IMG/VR virus record: IMGVR_UViG_2851955134_000009
Strand: one strand, 5' to 3'
DNA length: 64,000 nucleotides
Origin: a virus
Taxonomy: Duplodnaviria; Heunggongvirae; Uroviricota; Caudoviricetes
Each line of letters opens with the position of its first letter. Position 1 is the stretch's first letter. This document shows, piece by piece, positions 10,463 to 19,938 of this stretch. The translations under genes were made by a program, and so were the position numbers. The notes beneath the pieces were generated by a model. It was not told where the DNA came from and searched no databases. It saw only the letters and a program-made list of their open reading frames with translations.

Positions 10463-10645
10463 ATGGAATACTTAAGCGAAATCATTAGTTTTTTGGCAGG
10501 GGCGGGTATCAGTTGGGCTATTACTTTCAATGTGTATAATTACAAAGTAAAGCAAATTTGTATGAACCAAAGTTCTCCCATTCAAAATGGAAATACAGTG
10601 ACAAACGGAAGCATTGTCGGTAGAGATCAGACTAATTCTCACTAA
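10463..10645 (+). CDS. Small membrane protein, first gene of candidate cassette
   Basis: 60 aa from ATG with GGAGG RBS; one TM helix (IISFLAGAGISWAITF); C-terminal NGSIVGRDQTN motif repeated in the next ORF. Confidence 0.5.
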   Translation: MEYLSEIISFLAGAGISWAITFNVYNYKVKQICMNQSSPIQNGNTVTNGSIVGRDQTNSH

Positions 10646-10658
10646 GGGAGTGATTGGT

Positions 10659-11225
10659 GTGTTTAGTAAACAGGAGCAATCAGGTAATAGAGTAAGAAAT
10701 GGGAGTATTGTTGGAGGGAGTCAAACAAACCACATTACCAATATAGTTCGTAGTAGTAATCGAACTTTAGAGCGTTTGTACCAAAAGTTCTCTCAAGAAG
10801 ATGGAACTATGGGGGGGCAGGATTTTTGTGATAAGTTAAAGCACTATTTAGCCTCGGATACCAATCCAGATATAAGAGATTTAGCTACAAAGCTAACTGA
10901 TAGTGATAGAACTGAATTAATTTACTTTGCAACTGCTCTTAAAGAGCAAGCCCTCAAGGCGATAATGAAGTGCCAATCTTCCAAAACCGCACAAGAAATA
11001 TATGCGTTTATTCTTGATAAAATTCATGCTGATTTTATGCTCAAAATTACACCTCTTATTCAGAAGGATGAGGACCGAGTAATTGTTGATGAAAAAATTT
11101 CATTGGTATTAGAAAATATTAGTGAAATGTTGGGCGATAATTTGTTAAACTTATCCGAAAAGGATCTTTTGGGACTGTTGTATTTTTTAGGCGGAAATTG
11201 TTATATAAGGTGGGATAAATGTTAG
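10659..11225 (+). CDS. Hypothetical protein, candidate cassette component
   Basis: About 188 aa from GTG at 10659 (GTG at 10650 also possible); low GC; N-terminal NGSIVGGSQTN repeat; ends overlapping next start. Confidence 0.55.
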   Translation: MFSKQEQSGNRVRNGSIVGGSQTNHITNIVRSSNRTLERLYQKFSQEDGTMGGQDFCDKLKHYLASDTNPDIRDLATKLTDSDRTELIYFATALKEQALKAIMKCQSSKTAQEIYAFILDKIHADFMLKITPLIQKDEDRVIVDEKISLVLENISEMLGDNLLNLSEKDLLGLLYFLGGNCYIRWDKC

Positions 11226-11719
11226 TTTATCATCCAGCATATGATGCCTATCATTGTCTATTTAGAATGATGGCAATTATGGAAAATACAAATCGGCTTG
11301 AGATTGATAAGCTTAAAATATTGGATTTTTACATTTTATTTCCTGCGTTATTAAGTGAAGTGAAAATGCCGAGAGAATTTATTAAAATTAAAAAAACAGC
11401 AAAACTACATCATAATGAATATCATGATCCATTGAGTCCAAGGATTATTTTCAAGGAAATGCGTCAAATACAGGATGCAGCACTAAAATGTATGCTTGCG
11501 ACTGGTTATATTGATTCTGATGATTTCAGCAATGGTTTTGTCTCAAGAACAAATAAACAATTACCACTGAACCTAGCCTTAGAAATGGGCGTTTTTTTAG
11601 AGCGCAAAGAACCGTTTTCATCTTTCATTACACAAAAGATGGCTAAATTTGATCTGACTGGACCTGATGGATTGAAGGCTAGAACTAAACTTATGGAGTA
11701 TAGATATGACACTTATTAA
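11219..11719 (+). CDS. Hypothetical protein, candidate cassette component
   Basis: 166 aa; ATG with AAGGTGGG RBS; 7-nt overlap with upstream gene and 14-nt overlap with the ATPase gene. Confidence 0.6.
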   Translation: MLVYHPAYDAYHCLFRMMAIMENTNRLEIDKLKILDFYILFPALLSEVKMPREFIKIKKTAKLHHNEYHDPLSPRIIFKEMRQIQDAALKCMLATGYIDSDDFSNGFVSRTNKQLPLNLALEMGVFLERKEPFSSFITQKMAKFDLTGPDGLKARTKLMEYRYDTY

Positions 11720-13610
11720 GCCTACTCTTATTGTAACCAGATTAACAGTTTTTCAACACGGACATCGTGCATTTGATTGTGAATTCCACAAAGGTGTTAA
11801 CATTATTCGTGGGCGAAATAGTTCTGGTAAAACTACAATAATGGATATGCTGGCATTTTCATTGGGAGCTGAAAATATCAGGTGGAAACCACAGGCTTTG
11901 AAATGCACTAGAACAATCGTTGAAGTGCTTCTCAATAATGAGAAAGCATGCTTTAAACGAGAGATATCTATTGAGCAAATGCGACCTCTTTATATTTATT
12001 GGGGAGCGATGGATAAGGCTTTGAATGCTGGGGAACACGAATGGGATTTATACCCATTCAAGAGAACTGAGAGTAAAATTAGCTTCACCCAAGCTATTTT
12101 CAATGCATTATCAATGCCCTTGGCACAAGGTGCTGGTTCTTCTAATTTGACATTGCATCAGATTTTACGTGTCTTGTATGCAGATCAGCCGTCGTTACAT
12201 AGTCCAATTTTTCGATTTGACAGATTTGATAATGCTCTTACCCGTGAGACGGTAGGTGGATACTTATGTGGTGTTTATAATGATGAGTTGTACAATGCAC
12301 AACTTTCTTTAAGAGATGTTGAGACCGAACTAACAAAGAAAGTTACTGAATTAAAAAGTATCTTTACTGTATTAGGTAGATCTGGACAGGCTCCAGATTT
12401 ACAAGGTATTGATGAGAAAATAAAGCATCTAAATAAATTGAGAGCTATTGAGAATGTAAAACTAACAAATAGAGCTATTATAACTAATGAAGAAGGGGCT
12501 GATTCTGAAAAACGAATGGGTACTATCAGGGAGGAACTCAATGAAGCTAAAAGGAAATTATCTTCCCTAAAAGATAAAATCCAATCTTTGGATTTTGAAA
12601 TTTCAGATTCTGATATGTTTATATCAGAATTAAATGAGCGGCTAAAAAACTTAGAACAGTCTCGAGAAACGCGTGCTATATTTGATAGTATGAATTTTGA
12701 TTTTTGCCCTAGTTGTCTTTCCAAAATAGATAAGGCTCATAATGATCATGTTTGTCATCTATGTAAAGTGGAACAATTAGATGATAAAGCTGAAAATCAG
12801 TTATTAAGAATGAAAAATGAATTAACTCTTCAAATCAAAGAATCTCTTCAATTAATGGATAGAAGAAAAGAAGAGTTGGTAAGATTAAAGCGAGATGTTC
12901 CTTTAGCTGAGAGTGAATTAAAAAGGCTTGAACAGGATTATTTCAAAGAGTCACACTATTGGTCTTCACCGCAAGAGTTAGCTGTAGGTAAAATATATAG
13001 GGAAATTGGACGGCTTGATGAAGAAATAAAAAGAGCTTATGAAGATAAGAAGCTTATTGTTGTTATTAATGAACTTCAAGAGCGTCGCGATGAACTTCAG
13101 GCGGAAAAAAATAGACTTGATGATCTTATTGAACTTTATGAAGAAAAAGAGGAAGTTCTTAAAGATAAAATTTATGCTTCAGTGAGCTCAATAGCACAAG
13201 AGCTTTTACAAGAAGATTTGCCTTTGCAAAAAGAGTTTATGTCTCCTGAAAGTGTGGAGTTTAGTTTTACTGATAATAGCGTTTATGTGAATGGTAGTAA
13301 GAACTTTTCTGAAAGTTCAGCTGTAGTATTAAGGCATATATTCCATTTGGCACTACTTTCAGCAAGTATAGAGAACCACTCAATGCGACTTCCAAGATTT
13401 ATGATGTTAGATGGGATCGACGATGGTGGAATGGAAAAAGAACGGAGTCACAATTTACAGGAAATAATAATTGATGAGTGCTCACGTTATGAACATGATT
13501 ATCAGTTGATATTTGCAACATCTGAAATAAATCCCAAATACAGTGAGAGTGAATATATTGTTGGTGAGTATTATTCGCCAGATAATTATTCATTGAAAAT
13601 AATTGAGTAA
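11706..13610 (+). CDS. SMC/Rad50-like ABC ATPase with long coiled-coil insert and CxxC...CxxC hook-like motif
   Basis: 634 aa; Walker A GRNSSGKTT near N-terminus, about 300-aa K/E-rich coiled coil with CPSC-x10-CHLC, C-terminal Walker-B-like FMMLDGIDD; no TOPRIM or nuclease domain visible. Confidence 0.75.
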   Translation: MTLIKPTLIVTRLTVFQHGHRAFDCEFHKGVNIIRGRNSSGKTTIMDMLAFSLGAENIRWKPQALKCTRTIVEVLLNNEKACFKREISIEQMRPLYIYWGAMDKALNAGEHEWDLYPFKRTESKISFTQAIFNALSMPLAQGAGSSNLTLHQILRVLYADQPSLHSPIFRFDRFDNALTRETVGGYLCGVYNDELYNAQLSLRDVETELTKKVTELKSIFTVLGRSGQAPDLQGIDEKIKHLNKLRAIENVKLTNRAIITNEEGADSEKRMGTIREELNEAKRKLSSLKDKIQSLDFEISDSDMFISELNERLKNLEQSRETRAIFDSMNFDFCPSCLSKIDKAHNDHVCHLCKVEQLDDKAENQLLRMKNELTLQIKESLQLMDRRKEELVRLKRDVPLAESELKRLEQDYFKESHYWSSPQELAVGKIYREIGRLDEEIKRAYEDKKLIVVINELQERRDELQAEKNRLDDLIELYEEKEEVLKDKIYASVSSIAQELLQEDLPLQKEFMSPESVEFSFTDNSVYVNGSKNFSESSAVVLRHIFHLALLSASIENHSMRLPRFMMLDGIDDGGMEKERSHNLQEIIIDECSRYEHDYQLIFATSEINPKYSESEYIVGEYYSPDNYSLKIIE

Positions 13611-13614
13611 TTGT

Positions 13615-13645
13615 ATATGTGGCTGCTATTTTTGTAGCCACATAT
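13615..13645. terminator. Perfect 10-bp hairpin between convergent ATPase and Q genes (possible bidirectional terminator)
   Basis: ATATGTGGCT-(11 nt loop)-AGCCACATAT immediately after the ATPase stop; no clean U-tract. Confidence 0.35.
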
Positions 13646-13675
13646 AAATTACTGTCTGAACTTTATTGTTTTTGT

Positions 13676-14704
13676 TCAAAGTACGTATGGTCTAAACCTA
13701 ATTATTTCTATTTCAAGCCAGTCGTTTAATTGATCAAATCTTTTCTGCATGGGCACCAATTCATTGCGCATAAATACCTTACTAGCCTTCTCCACATCCC
13801 CAAACCCCCCAACATTATTCGGCAAAATTCCCATCATCTGAGGCGGTACGCGGTGTGCAGCCATCATGTCGTCCCGGCTCACGTTCTTGATGTTCAGAAA
13901 TTCATCTTTCGCTGCGACTTCTGACAACGGGATAATCTGAAGTCCGTCCTTTTTGCCGTTAGGCGAGTACATAAACAGATTGCGGAAGTTGCCTGGACCT
14001 TTGGCGCTTTTCATCGCGTTGCGGAGGTTGTTCACATCCTCCTGATTCTGCGCGGCGTCGGTCATGTACATGATGAAGCCTGCATGACTACCGTTGATGT
14101 AATACTTACGGCGGAACAGCGTGGCGGATTCGTTGAGCAGGGCGGATGGAATGGCAGAAAGATAGCCGGGCAGGCCGTAGATCTCCTGGTTGATGTCCGG
14201 TTCCATCAGATGAAAAATGCTGCCTTTCGTGAACTGATACGGCTGGGTTGTCATACCGTATTGCACAAACCAGTAGGTATCCAGGTCTAACCCGCGTCGG
14301 GTGTATTTTGCCAGCGCAGGCTCAAGGGCGATAACTTCACCGAATCGGTTCGTGCGTTTCTCCAGGTAGGCGTTACCAAATACCAGATAGTCCTGCACAA
14401 AACGCGAAAAAGCCTGTTGGCTGAGCAGCGGATGAGGGATATAGGTACTGGTCAGAATGTTGCACTTTACTGCAATCGGGGAACTGTGATGCACGGCAGC
14501 GCGGAAGGTGCGCGCCAGTCCGTCAAAGCTGACGGGAGGCTCATACCAGCGATCTGTCTGAACACATTCCACATAGTCCAGCAGTTCGCGGCGGTCAAGT
14601 ACTGGAACGGGATCACCGAAGCTGAATGCTTCGGCTGAAGTCTGGTTTTTATGCTGGATCTGATTCGTCGCCGCAGCGCGGTTTTTCTTACTCTTTCCCA
14701 TCAA
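13676..14704 (-). CDS. Q: Portal protein (P2 gpQ-like)
   Basis: 342 aa; size and position match P2 Q next to the terminase ATPase. Confidence 0.85.
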   Translation of the reverse strand: MMGKSKKNRAAATNQIQHKNQTSAEAFSFGDPVPVLDRRELLDYVECVQTDRWYEPPVSFDGLARTFRAAVHHSSPIAVKCNILTSTYIPHPLLSQQAFSRFVQDYLVFGNAYLEKRTNRFGEVIALEPALAKYTRRGLDLDTYWFVQYGMTTQPYQFTKGSIFHLMEPDINQEIYGLPGYLSAIPSALLNESATLFRRKYYINGSHAGFIMYMTDAAQNQEDVNNLRNAMKSAKGPGNFRNLFMYSPNGKKDGLQIIPLSEVAAKDEFLNIKNVSRDDMMAAHRVPPQMMGILPNNVGGFGDVEKASKVFMRNELVPMQKRFDQLNDWLEIEIIRFRPYVL

Positions 14705-16467
14705 AAAATCTCCACAATATTGCTGGTATTGGCGGACTCGCCCTGCAGCGGTTCGTTAAACAGTGCGTGCATTGTTGCCCAGGCCAGATCGGCGTGGCTG
14801 GCTTCTTCGCTGCGGCTGGCTTCATAGGTTGGGCGGTTGCCACTGGCGGTGGTGGCACGACGGATTGCCATGAATGACTGCGCAATGTCGGTGTGCCCGG
14901 CGTCAAACTCCAGACGGCGGTGGCTGATAATGTCGTAGGCCTTGAGTACCAGGGCATTTTTAACGTTGGGGTTGTAGACAAACTCCCGGACGGCAGGAAA
15001 GAACGCTTTCACGTTCTCGTAAACTCCGTGACCGACACCTGTCGAGTCGATACCGATATAGGTCACGTTGTACTGTTCGGTCAGTTTTTTGATGGCGTCA
15101 GCCTGGGCGCGGAAGTCCATCCCGCGCCACTGGTGACGCTCAAGAATGCGAAACTTACCGCCTGGCACGGCTGGCGGTGCCACCACCACGCATCCGGCGC
15201 TGTCGCCGTTCTGCGTACCTTTTGCCGGGTCATAACCGATCCACACTTCTCGCCAGCCAAACGGGCGCAGGGCCAGTGCATGAAAGTCGGTCCAGACTTC
15301 CCAACTGTCCACCATGCATGCCTGCAGCTCGCTGAGCGGAAATACGGACGCGAGATCGTCCACGAATTCACACATCAGCAGGTTCTGGTATTCGTCCGGG
15401 CTGTATTCCATGCGCAACTGGTCAAGGTCGAACAGGTTACAGCCGCCGCGCACCGCATCTTCCACGGTGACTATCTGGCGGTATTGCCCGTCTGCACACA
15501 GCAGGCCTGGAGCCAGATTGCTGTGGGACAGGTCGATGTCCACCTTGTCGGCTTTATTGCGCCCACGGTTGAATAGCGCACCGGACCAGAACGGATAAGC
15601 ACTGTGTGTCAGGCTGGATGGCGTGGAAAAATAGGTTTGTCGCCATTTTTTGTGAATAGCCATACCGGAAGCCACTTTGCGCAGCTCCTGGAATTTCGGT
15701 ATCCAGAAATATTCATCCAGATACAGGTTGCCGTGGTAACTCTGGGCCGTGCGGGCATTGGTGCCGAGGAAATACAGTGTGGCCCCGTTGGGAAGCACCA
15801 TCGGATCGCCTTTCAGCTCCACTTCCACTTCTTTGGCGAAGTCGATGATGTACTGCTTAAAGACGTGGGCCTGTGCCTTGCTGGCGGAAAGGAAAATCTG
15901 GTTACGTCCGGTAAGCAGAGCGTCAATCAGGGCTTCACGGGCAAAGTAAAAGGTCGCGCCGATCTGGCGTGACTTCAGCAGGTTGCGGATGCGGTTGGTT
16001 TTTCCGGCTTCCCACCAGTGGCGCTGGTAGTTGAACATGGAGGAATGGAAAATTTCTTCCAGCTTCTCAATCTGTTCATCGGTGAAAACATTCTTTTCAG
16101 GCTGACGGCGTGGGCCTTTGTTGCGGTTGGCGACGTTAGGGTTTAAGTCGGCTTCGTTGCCGCCATTGTTAAACTTGCCGATCCGCGCGTGGCGCTCCGA
16201 CTGGCGCGCCAGCAGGTCAATTTCTTTAAAGTCTTTCCCTTCTTTGTGCTCCTTCATAATGAGCTGGCAGTAGCGTGCGGCGGTAGTGAGCTGCATCTGA
16301 TCCAGCGGCCCATAGTCACCCCACTTGTCGCGTTTTTTCCAGCTGTGAACGGTTGCAACTTTCTCGCCCAGCATTTCAGCAATGCGGGCGACGCGGTATC
16401 CCTGAAAGTACAGCAGCATGGCCTGCCGACGGGGATCGAGATCTGCGGGTGTCAGTGTGGTGTTCAT
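14701..16467 (-). CDS. P: Terminase large (ATPase) subunit (P2 gpP-like)
   Basis: 588 aa; overlaps Q by 4 nt; divergent from O-N-M as in P2. Confidence 0.85.
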   Translation of the reverse strand: MNTTLTPADLDPRRQAMLLYFQGYRVARIAEMLGEKVATVHSWKKRDKWGDYGPLDQMQLTTAARYCQLIMKEHKEGKDFKEIDLLARQSERHARIGKFNNGGNEADLNPNVANRNKGPRRQPEKNVFTDEQIEKLEEIFHSSMFNYQRHWWEAGKTNRIRNLLKSRQIGATFYFAREALIDALLTGRNQIFLSASKAQAHVFKQYIIDFAKEVEVELKGDPMVLPNGATLYFLGTNARTAQSYHGNLYLDEYFWIPKFQELRKVASGMAIHKKWRQTYFSTPSSLTHSAYPFWSGALFNRGRNKADKVDIDLSHSNLAPGLLCADGQYRQIVTVEDAVRGGCNLFDLDQLRMEYSPDEYQNLLMCEFVDDLASVFPLSELQACMVDSWEVWTDFHALALRPFGWREVWIGYDPAKGTQNGDSAGCVVVAPPAVPGGKFRILERHQWRGMDFRAQADAIKKLTEQYNVTYIGIDSTGVGHGVYENVKAFFPAVREFVYNPNVKNALVLKAYDIISHRRLEFDAGHTDIAQSFMAIRRATTASGNRPTYEASRSEEASHADLAWATMHALFNEPLQGESANTSNIVEIF

Positions 16468-16609
16468 GGCACAAACCTACAGCCTTGAATGACGGCTTTC
16501 CCCGCCTGCGGTTTGTGTGGTTGTCGGTACAAATACCGCGCATTGTTTCACTGCCCCCATCACCGCAACCATAAGGCTCCAGTAAGTTTTTTCTAACGGA
16601 GCACGGCTC

Positions 16610-17443
16610 ATGACAGTGAAAGCAAAGCGTTTTCGCATCGGGGTGGAAGGTGCCACCACCGACGGACGCGAAATCCAGCGTGAATGGCTGGAACAGATGG
16701 CAGCCAGCTACAACCCGGCGGTGTATACCGCGCTGATTAACCTTGAGCACATCAAGTCTTATCTGCCGGACAGCACCTTTAACCGCTACGGCAAGGTGAC
16801 GGCGCTGTTTGCTGAAGAAATCACGGAAGGCCCGCTGGCAGGCAAGATGGCGCTGTATGCCGATGTTGAGCCAACGGAGTCCCTGGTGGAACTGGTGAAA
16901 AAAGGCCAGAAATTATTCACCTCTATGGAAGTCAGCCCGAAGTTCGCTGATACGGGCAAAGCCTACCTGGTTGGCCTGGCTGCCACTGATGACCCTGCCA
17001 GTCTGGGTACGGAAATGCTGACATTCAGCGCCAGTGCAGCCCATAACCCGCTGGCAAACCGCAAGCAGAATCCTGCCAATCTTTTTACCGCTGCAGAGGA
17101 AACGGTGATCGAACTGGAAGAAATCCAGGAGGACAAGCCGTCCCTGTTTACCCGTGTCACGGCGCTGTTCACCAAAAAAGAGCAGTCCGACGATGCCCGG
17201 TTCTCTGATGTGCATAAGGCCGTGGAACTGGTCGCCACTGAGCAGCAAAACCTGAGTGCGCGCACCGAAAAATCCCTGTCTGAACAGCAAGAACGCCTGT
17301 CTGAGCTGGAGACAGCCATGCAGGCACAGCTGACCGCCTTTAACGAACTGGTGGACAAGCTGAGCCATGAAGACAGCCGCCAGGACTACCGCCAGCGTGC
17401 AACAGGCGGTAACGCCCACGCTGACACTCTGACCAATTGCTGA
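16610..17443 (+). CDS. O: Capsid scaffolding protein (P2 gpO-like)
   Basis: 277 aa, first gene of rightward head operon. Confidence 0.8.
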   Translation: MTVKAKRFRIGVEGATTDGREIQREWLEQMAASYNPAVYTALINLEHIKSYLPDSTFNRYGKVTALFAEEITEGPLAGKMALYADVEPTESLVELVKKGQKLFTSMEVSPKFADTGKAYLVGLAATDDPASLGTEMLTFSASAAHNPLANRKQNPANLFTAAEETVIELEEIQEDKPSLFTRVTALFTKKEQSDDARFSDVHKAVELVATEQQNLSARTEKSLSEQQERLSELETAMQAQLTAFNELVDKLSHEDSRQDYRQRATGGNAHADTLTNC

Positions 17444-17459
17444 TGGAGCACAAAACCTG

Positions 17460-18518
17460 ATGAAGAAGAATACCCGCTTTGCTTTTAACGCTTACCTGCA
17501 GCAGCTGGCGCGTCTGAACGGTGTGGCAGTTGAAGAACTGTCCAGCAAGTTCACCGTGGAGCCGTCCGTGCAGCAGACGCTGGAAGACCAGATCCAGCAG
17601 TCCGCCGCTTTCCTGACGCTGATTAATGTCACCCCGGTGACTGAACAGTCCGGTCAACTGCTGGGGCTGGGTGTTGGTAGTACCATTGCCGGAACCACTG
17701 ATACCACCGCGAAAGAGCGTGAACCCGTCGATCCGACGCTGATGGTCGATGTGGAATACAAATGCGAGCAGACCAACTTTGACACGGTGCTGACCTACGC
17801 GAAGCTGGATCTGTGGGCGAAGTTTCAGGATTTCCAGGTGCGTATCCGTGACGCCATCGTGAAACGTCAGGCACTGGACCGCATCATGATCGGCTTTAAC
17901 GGCGTGAAGCGTGCGAAAACCTCCAACCGTAGCGAAAACCCGCTGCTGCAGGATGTGAATAAAGGTTGGCTGCAGAAAATCCGTGAGGATGCACCGGATC
18001 ACGTCATGGGCAGCACCACCACGGGCGGTGAAACCACACCGGGCGCGGTGAAAGTCGGTAAAGGTGGCGAATATGCCAACCTGGACGCCGTGGTGATGGA
18101 TGCCGTTAATGAGCTTATCGACGTGGTCTACCAGGACGATGACGATCTGGTGGTGATTTGCGGTCGTGAACTGTTGTCTGATAAGTATTTCCCGCTGGTC
18201 AACAAAGAGCAGGAAAACAGTGAAAAACTGGCTGCCGATATGATCATCAGCCAGAAACGCATGGGTGGCCTGCAGGCCGTGCGTGCGCCGTTCTTCCCGC
18301 CGAATGCGCTGCTGATCACCCGTCTGGATAACCTGTCCATCTACTGGCAGGAAGACACCCGCCGCCGTTCAGTTATCGACAACCCGAAACGTGATCGGAT
18401 TGAAAACTTTGAATCCGTTAACGAAGCCTATGTGGTTGAGGACTACCGCTGCGCCGCACTGGTGGAAAACATCCAGATTGGCGACTTCAGCGCCGCCGCA
18501 GCAGAAGCCGGAGCGTAA
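17460..18518 (+). CDS. N: Major capsid protein (P2 gpN-like)
   Basis: 352 aa, follows scaffold gene. Confidence 0.85.
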   Translation: MKKNTRFAFNAYLQQLARLNGVAVEELSSKFTVEPSVQQTLEDQIQQSAAFLTLINVTPVTEQSGQLLGLGVGSTIAGTTDTTAKEREPVDPTLMVDVEYKCEQTNFDTVLTYAKLDLWAKFQDFQVRIRDAIVKRQALDRIMIGFNGVKRAKTSNRSENPLLQDVNKGWLQKIREDAPDHVMGSTTTGGETTPGAVKVGKGGEYANLDAVVMDAVNELIDVVYQDDDDLVVICGRELLSDKYFPLVNKEQENSEKLAADMIISQKRMGGLQAVRAPFFPPNALLITRLDNLSIYWQEDTRRRSVIDNPKRDRIENFESVNEAYVVEDYRCAALVENIQIGDFSAAAAEAGA

Positions 18519-18521
18519 CCT

Positions 18522-19172
18522 ATGAACCTGAGTCCCGCACGGCAGCATCGCCTGCGCGTTCAGGCTGAACAGGCCGCCCGCGAGGGCGGCAGTGTTCGCC
18601 ACGCGTCGGGCTATGACCTGATGTTGCTGCAACTGGCGGAAGATCGCCGCCGTCTCAAGGGCGTTCAGTCCACGGTCAAAAAAGCGGAAATCAAAGTGGA
18701 GCTGCTGCCGAAGTACGCCGCCTGGGCGGAGGGTGTCCTGGCTGCCGGAGGCACTCAACAGGATGACGTGCTGATGTACGTGATGCTGTGGCGCATTGAT
18801 GCCGGAGATTATGCCGGGGCGCTGGAGATCGGGCGTCATGCCCTGCGTCATGGCTGGGTGATGCCGCTGGGTAACCGCAACGTGCAGACCGTGCTGGCAG
18901 AGGAAATGGCAGACGCAGCGCAGAGCGCAATGCTTGCCGCCACCGGCTTTGATGCCGATCTGTTACTGCAGACACTGGAACTAACAGACGGTCTGGATAT
19001 GCCGGACCAGTCACGGGCGCGTCTGCATAAAGCGATTGGCGCTGTCCTGAGTGAAAGCAATCCGGCTTCCGCCCTTAATCATCTCAACCATGCGTTACAG
19101 CTCGATCCCCGCTGTGGCGTGAAAAAAGACAAACAGCAGCTGGAGCGCAGACTGCGCAATGACAGCCGCTGA
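18522..19172 (+). CDS. M: Terminase small (endonuclease) subunit (P2 gpM-like)
   Basis: 216 aa, P2 order N-M-L. Confidence 0.75.
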   Translation: MNLSPARQHRLRVQAEQAAREGGSVRHASGYDLMLLQLAEDRRRLKGVQSTVKKAEIKVELLPKYAAWAEGVLAAGGTQQDDVLMYVMLWRIDAGDYAGALEIGRHALRHGWVMPLGNRNVQTVLAEEMADAAQSAMLAATGFDADLLLQTLELTDGLDMPDQSRARLHKAIGAVLSESNPASALNHLNHALQLDPRCGVKKDKQQLERRLRNDSR

Positions 19173-19267
19173 CAGAACGTGCCCCCGCGCACGGGCGGCA
19201 CGGGGTGGCGAAAGGCACTGCCACATCAAAACCCCGTCCACCGCCCTTTATTTCAGGAGAAAGCAGC

Positions 19268-19732
19268 ATGAAGTTTGTTGCGCCAGAACAGGCACCGGAA
19301 CAGGCGGAAATCATCAGAAATACGCCGTTCTGGCCTGATGTGGACCTGTCGGAGTTTCGCAGTGTCATGCGCACTGACGGTACGGTGACGCCGCCGCGTT
19401 TAAAGCAGGTTGCGCTGTCGGCAATTTCGGAGGTCAACGCAGAGCTGTATGAGTTTCGCAGACGTCAGCAGATGCTGGGGTATGTGTCGCTGGCTGAGGT
19501 TCCGGCGGAACAGTTGGACGGCAAAAGTGAGCGCATTCAGCACTATTTCAACGCGGTTTACTGCTGGGCACGCGCCATGCTCAACGAACGATACCAGGAC
19601 TATGACGCTACGGCATCCGGTGTGAAGCGAGGCGAGGAACTGGCGGAATCCTGCGGTGATTTGTGGCGTGACGCCCGCTGGGCCATCAGCCGGGTGCAGG
19701 ATGCGCCGCACTGCACAGTGGAGCTTATCTGA
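19268..19732 (+). CDS. L: Head completion/stabilisation protein (P2 gpL-like)
   Basis: ATG at 19268 with AGGAG RBS; 154 aa. Confidence 0.7.
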   Translation: MKFVAPEQAPEQAEIIRNTPFWPDVDLSEFRSVMRTDGTVTPPRLKQVALSAISEVNAELYEFRRRQQMLGYVSLAEVPAEQLDGKSERIQHYFNAVYCWARAMLNERYQDYDATASGVKRGEELAESCGDLWRDARWAISRVQDAPHCTVELI

Positions 19733-19935
19733 TGAAAGTGCGTGCGCATCAGTATGACACGGTGGACGCGCTTTGCTGGCGTCATTACGGGCGCACGCAG
19801 GGTGTCACGGAGCAGGTACTGAAGGCAAATCCGGGGCTTGCCGAATATGGCCCCTTTTTACCTCACGGGCTGCAGGTGGAGCTGCCGGACATTCCGACCA
19901 CCACCACCGTGCAGACCGTCCAGCTATGGGACTGA
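19732..19935 (+). CDS. X: Tail protein X (P2 gpX-like)
   Basis: 67 aa; MKVRAHQYDTVDALCWRHYGRT...GLAEYGPFLPHG resembles P2 gpX as recalled. Confidence 0.8.
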   Translation: MKVRAHQYDTVDALCWRHYGRTQGVTEQVLKANPGLAEYGPFLPHGLQVELPDIPTTTTVQTVQLWD

Positions 19936-19938
19936 ATT

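Noticed and set aside
12275-12724. 149-aa minus-strand ORF inside the ABC ATPase gene
   Set aside because: Low-complexity Ser/Phe/Ile-rich antisense translation of an AT-rich coiled-coil coding region.
16913-18851. Several 80-220 aa ORFs on the strand opposite the P2-like scaffold and capsid genes (for example 16913..17419, 17340..18002, 18369..18851)
   Set aside because: Antisense shadow ORFs inside well-supported structural genes; Arg/Gly/Cys/His-rich low-complexity translations typical of GC-rich antisense frames.
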